Below, piece after piece: positions 62,045 through 64,000 of a stretch of 64,000 bases of DNA. The DNA lies in the NCBI GenBank assembly GCA_001244265.2, contig CDLV01000017.1, positions 372,001-436,000 of the forward strand, in the 5' to 3' direction. Each line of letters opens with the position of its first letter. Within the stretch, counting starts at the first letter, position 1. Made by a program: the position numbers and the translations under genes. The DNA is from Microbotryum violaceum. Its lineage: Eukaryota. Under the pieces are notes generated by a model, which was given only the letters and a program-made list of their open reading frames with translations, had not been told where the DNA came from and ran no database searches.

Positions 62045-63681
62045 ATGTCCACCAAGGTTGAAGACAACTCCACCACCAGCAACGCCTCTGCGTCTGCTGC
62101 CCCTGCTGCGGCGACGGCGACCTCGGCCCCTGACGAGACGCCCAACGTCGGCGCGCTCTCGCTCGAGGACGACGCCAACAACGACGCCAACAATGCCAAC
62201 AACGCCGATGAGGGTCTCACCCTTCGTGCGCTCGTTAGCTCCAAGGAAGCTGGTGAGTTGCAGCGCTTGATTCTCTCTCTGTAGTGGCTCGTGGTCACTC
62301 TTCTGTTTCTGTCGATCACGACGCAACGAGTTCGCCGGCGGGCGCTTCGCACACGGCGCAAAGCACGTGCATCTCCGACGTCTGAGCGCATAAAAATGCA
62401 CTTGTGATGCAACGGCAACTGTCATTACCATCTCATACAACCAAGATGTCTTTTCCACCTCATTCTATCATCTGATGCTGACCATTGCTTCTCCTCCTGA
62501 ACTCCTCCGCTTCACCACGTCTCGTCTTTCACCACTTCCCACCACTCGCAACACCTACCTTCCTGCCACTACCAGGTGTCATCATCGGCCGAGGGGGTGC
62601 TACGATCGCTACGATCCGCCAAGATTCGAACGTGAAGGCCGGCGTGTCCAAGGTCGTGCCTGGCATCGTCGACCGCGTGCTCTCCGTCGGGGGTTCCGTC
62701 GATGGCGTAGCCAAGGCAAGCCTTGCTTTGCGCACTCAATGGGTCTTGATGGACTCAGCTGATCCGGTTTGACCCTGCCCTCTTTTGAAACAGGCCTACT
62801 CTCTCGTTGCGCAAACGATCCTCGAGAACCCCGTCCCCGCGCCCGGTGCCGCCGATGCCCCGACGGCCCCCACCTCGACGACGACGACCGTGCGCTTGCT
62901 CATCTCGCACTTGCTCATCGGCTCCGTCATCGGCAAGGGCGGAGCCAAGATCCGTCAGATTCAGGACGTATCCGGCGCGCGCATGGTCGCGAGCAAGGAG
63001 ATGCTCCCGCAGTCGACCGAGCGCGTCGTCGAAGTCTCGGGTGCGCCCGAGGCGATCCGTCTCGCCGTCAGTGAGATCACCAAGTGCCTCATCGAGGACT
63101 GGGATCGCTCGCAAGGCACGGTCCTGTATCACCCTGGGTCGGAGGGTATCGGCCACGGCGGTGCGATTGGCAACGGCTTCTCCGCCGGCGCATCCTTGTT
63201 CGCCGTCGGCGGTAACCGTCGCGCCTCGAGTGGCAACCATGCCGGTGGCTACAACGGTGGCAACCAACGTCGCGTCTCGAACGGGATTGAAGGTGGTGTC
63301 CTCGGCAATGCCGGTGGCGCTCCTTCCCCTCAAGCCCGTCGTGTCTCTGGTAACGGAGCCGGTGGTGCGACGCCCTCCGCTCCTTCCGCGAACGAATCCG
63401 ACCCCAACTTCCGCGAACAAAAAATTTCGATCCCGAGTGACATGGTCGGCTGCATCATCGGCCGCGGCGGAACCAAGATTAACGAGATTCGTCGTTTGAG
63501 CGGCTCCAAGATCTCGATCGCCAAGACGGCGCATGACGATACGGGCGAGAGGATGTTCATCATCTCGGGCTTGCCGGAGCATAACGAGAAGGCATTGTTC
63601 TTACTCTATAACCAGTTGGAGAATGAGAAGAACCGAAGGCTCAGTGCGCAAGAGCAGGGCGAGGGAGCGCAGGAAGCCTAG
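62045..63681 (+). CDS. Triple KH-domain RNA-binding protein (hnRNP K/PCBP; Rnc1/Hek2/Pbp2-like), 3 exons
   Basis: LTLRALVSSKEAG|VIIGRGGATI, IGSVIGKGGAKIRQIQ...KEMLPQSTERVVEV, ISIPSDMVGCIIGRGGTKINEIRRLSGSKISI. Confidence 0.95.
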
Positions 63682-64000
63682 AGGTCGGATACACCTCTTT
63701 CCTCGCCTATCGATGGGATTGCGATTCGAGCGTGACCCCTTGACTGGACGTTTCATGCTTGGATCAAAACCTCGCCGATCGGGAGCTTTCTTCCTTCAAT
63801 CCAATCTCACCAAAATCAGATCTCATGATCGATTTCAAAACATCTACCCCTCGCCAATCCCCGCCTCCCCTCCCCTCCATACTTCGCACCCAAAAGAACC
63901 TCAAATCTCTCGATATTCTACCACACTCCTCTTATCCCGTCCTCAAGATCTACAGTCCAAAGCACGCACCATCTACCCAATCATTTCCTCGACATTTGAC

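Overview
Intron-rich fungal genomic DNA. Gene content, splice signals and repeat types suggest a basidiomycete, probably Pucciniomycotina/Microbotryomycetes (inference). Recognisable conserved genes are RPL13, YOS1, MOCS2B/MoaE, an FMP42-like MFS transporter, a kinesin-7-like motor, RPC25, LST8, RPL32, GLT1, IRC3, PPT1, a KH-domain RNA-binding protein, an F-box-like gene and two paralogous cold-shock-domain genes. They are interspersed with decayed mobile DNA: a LINE 3' end, a Helitron/PIF1 remnant, a chromovirus integrase end and TGCA-rich repeats. The most interesting signal is a broken locus at about 54.2-60.7 kb. Its 5' part carries XPG/FEN1-type PIN nuclease motifs, and its 3' part (same strand, beyond a block of nested repeats) carries Fanzor/TnpB-type RuvC D-E-ZnF-D motifs followed by hairpins. 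This would be a candidate decayed PIN-Fanzor RNA-guided nuclease fusion. Also notable: a box C/D snoRNA candidate inside a ~750-nt long-range-paired non-coding domain, a 5-bp duplication that frameshifts the MFS gene, and four GC-AG introns. All family calls come from manual motif recognition; no searches were run.
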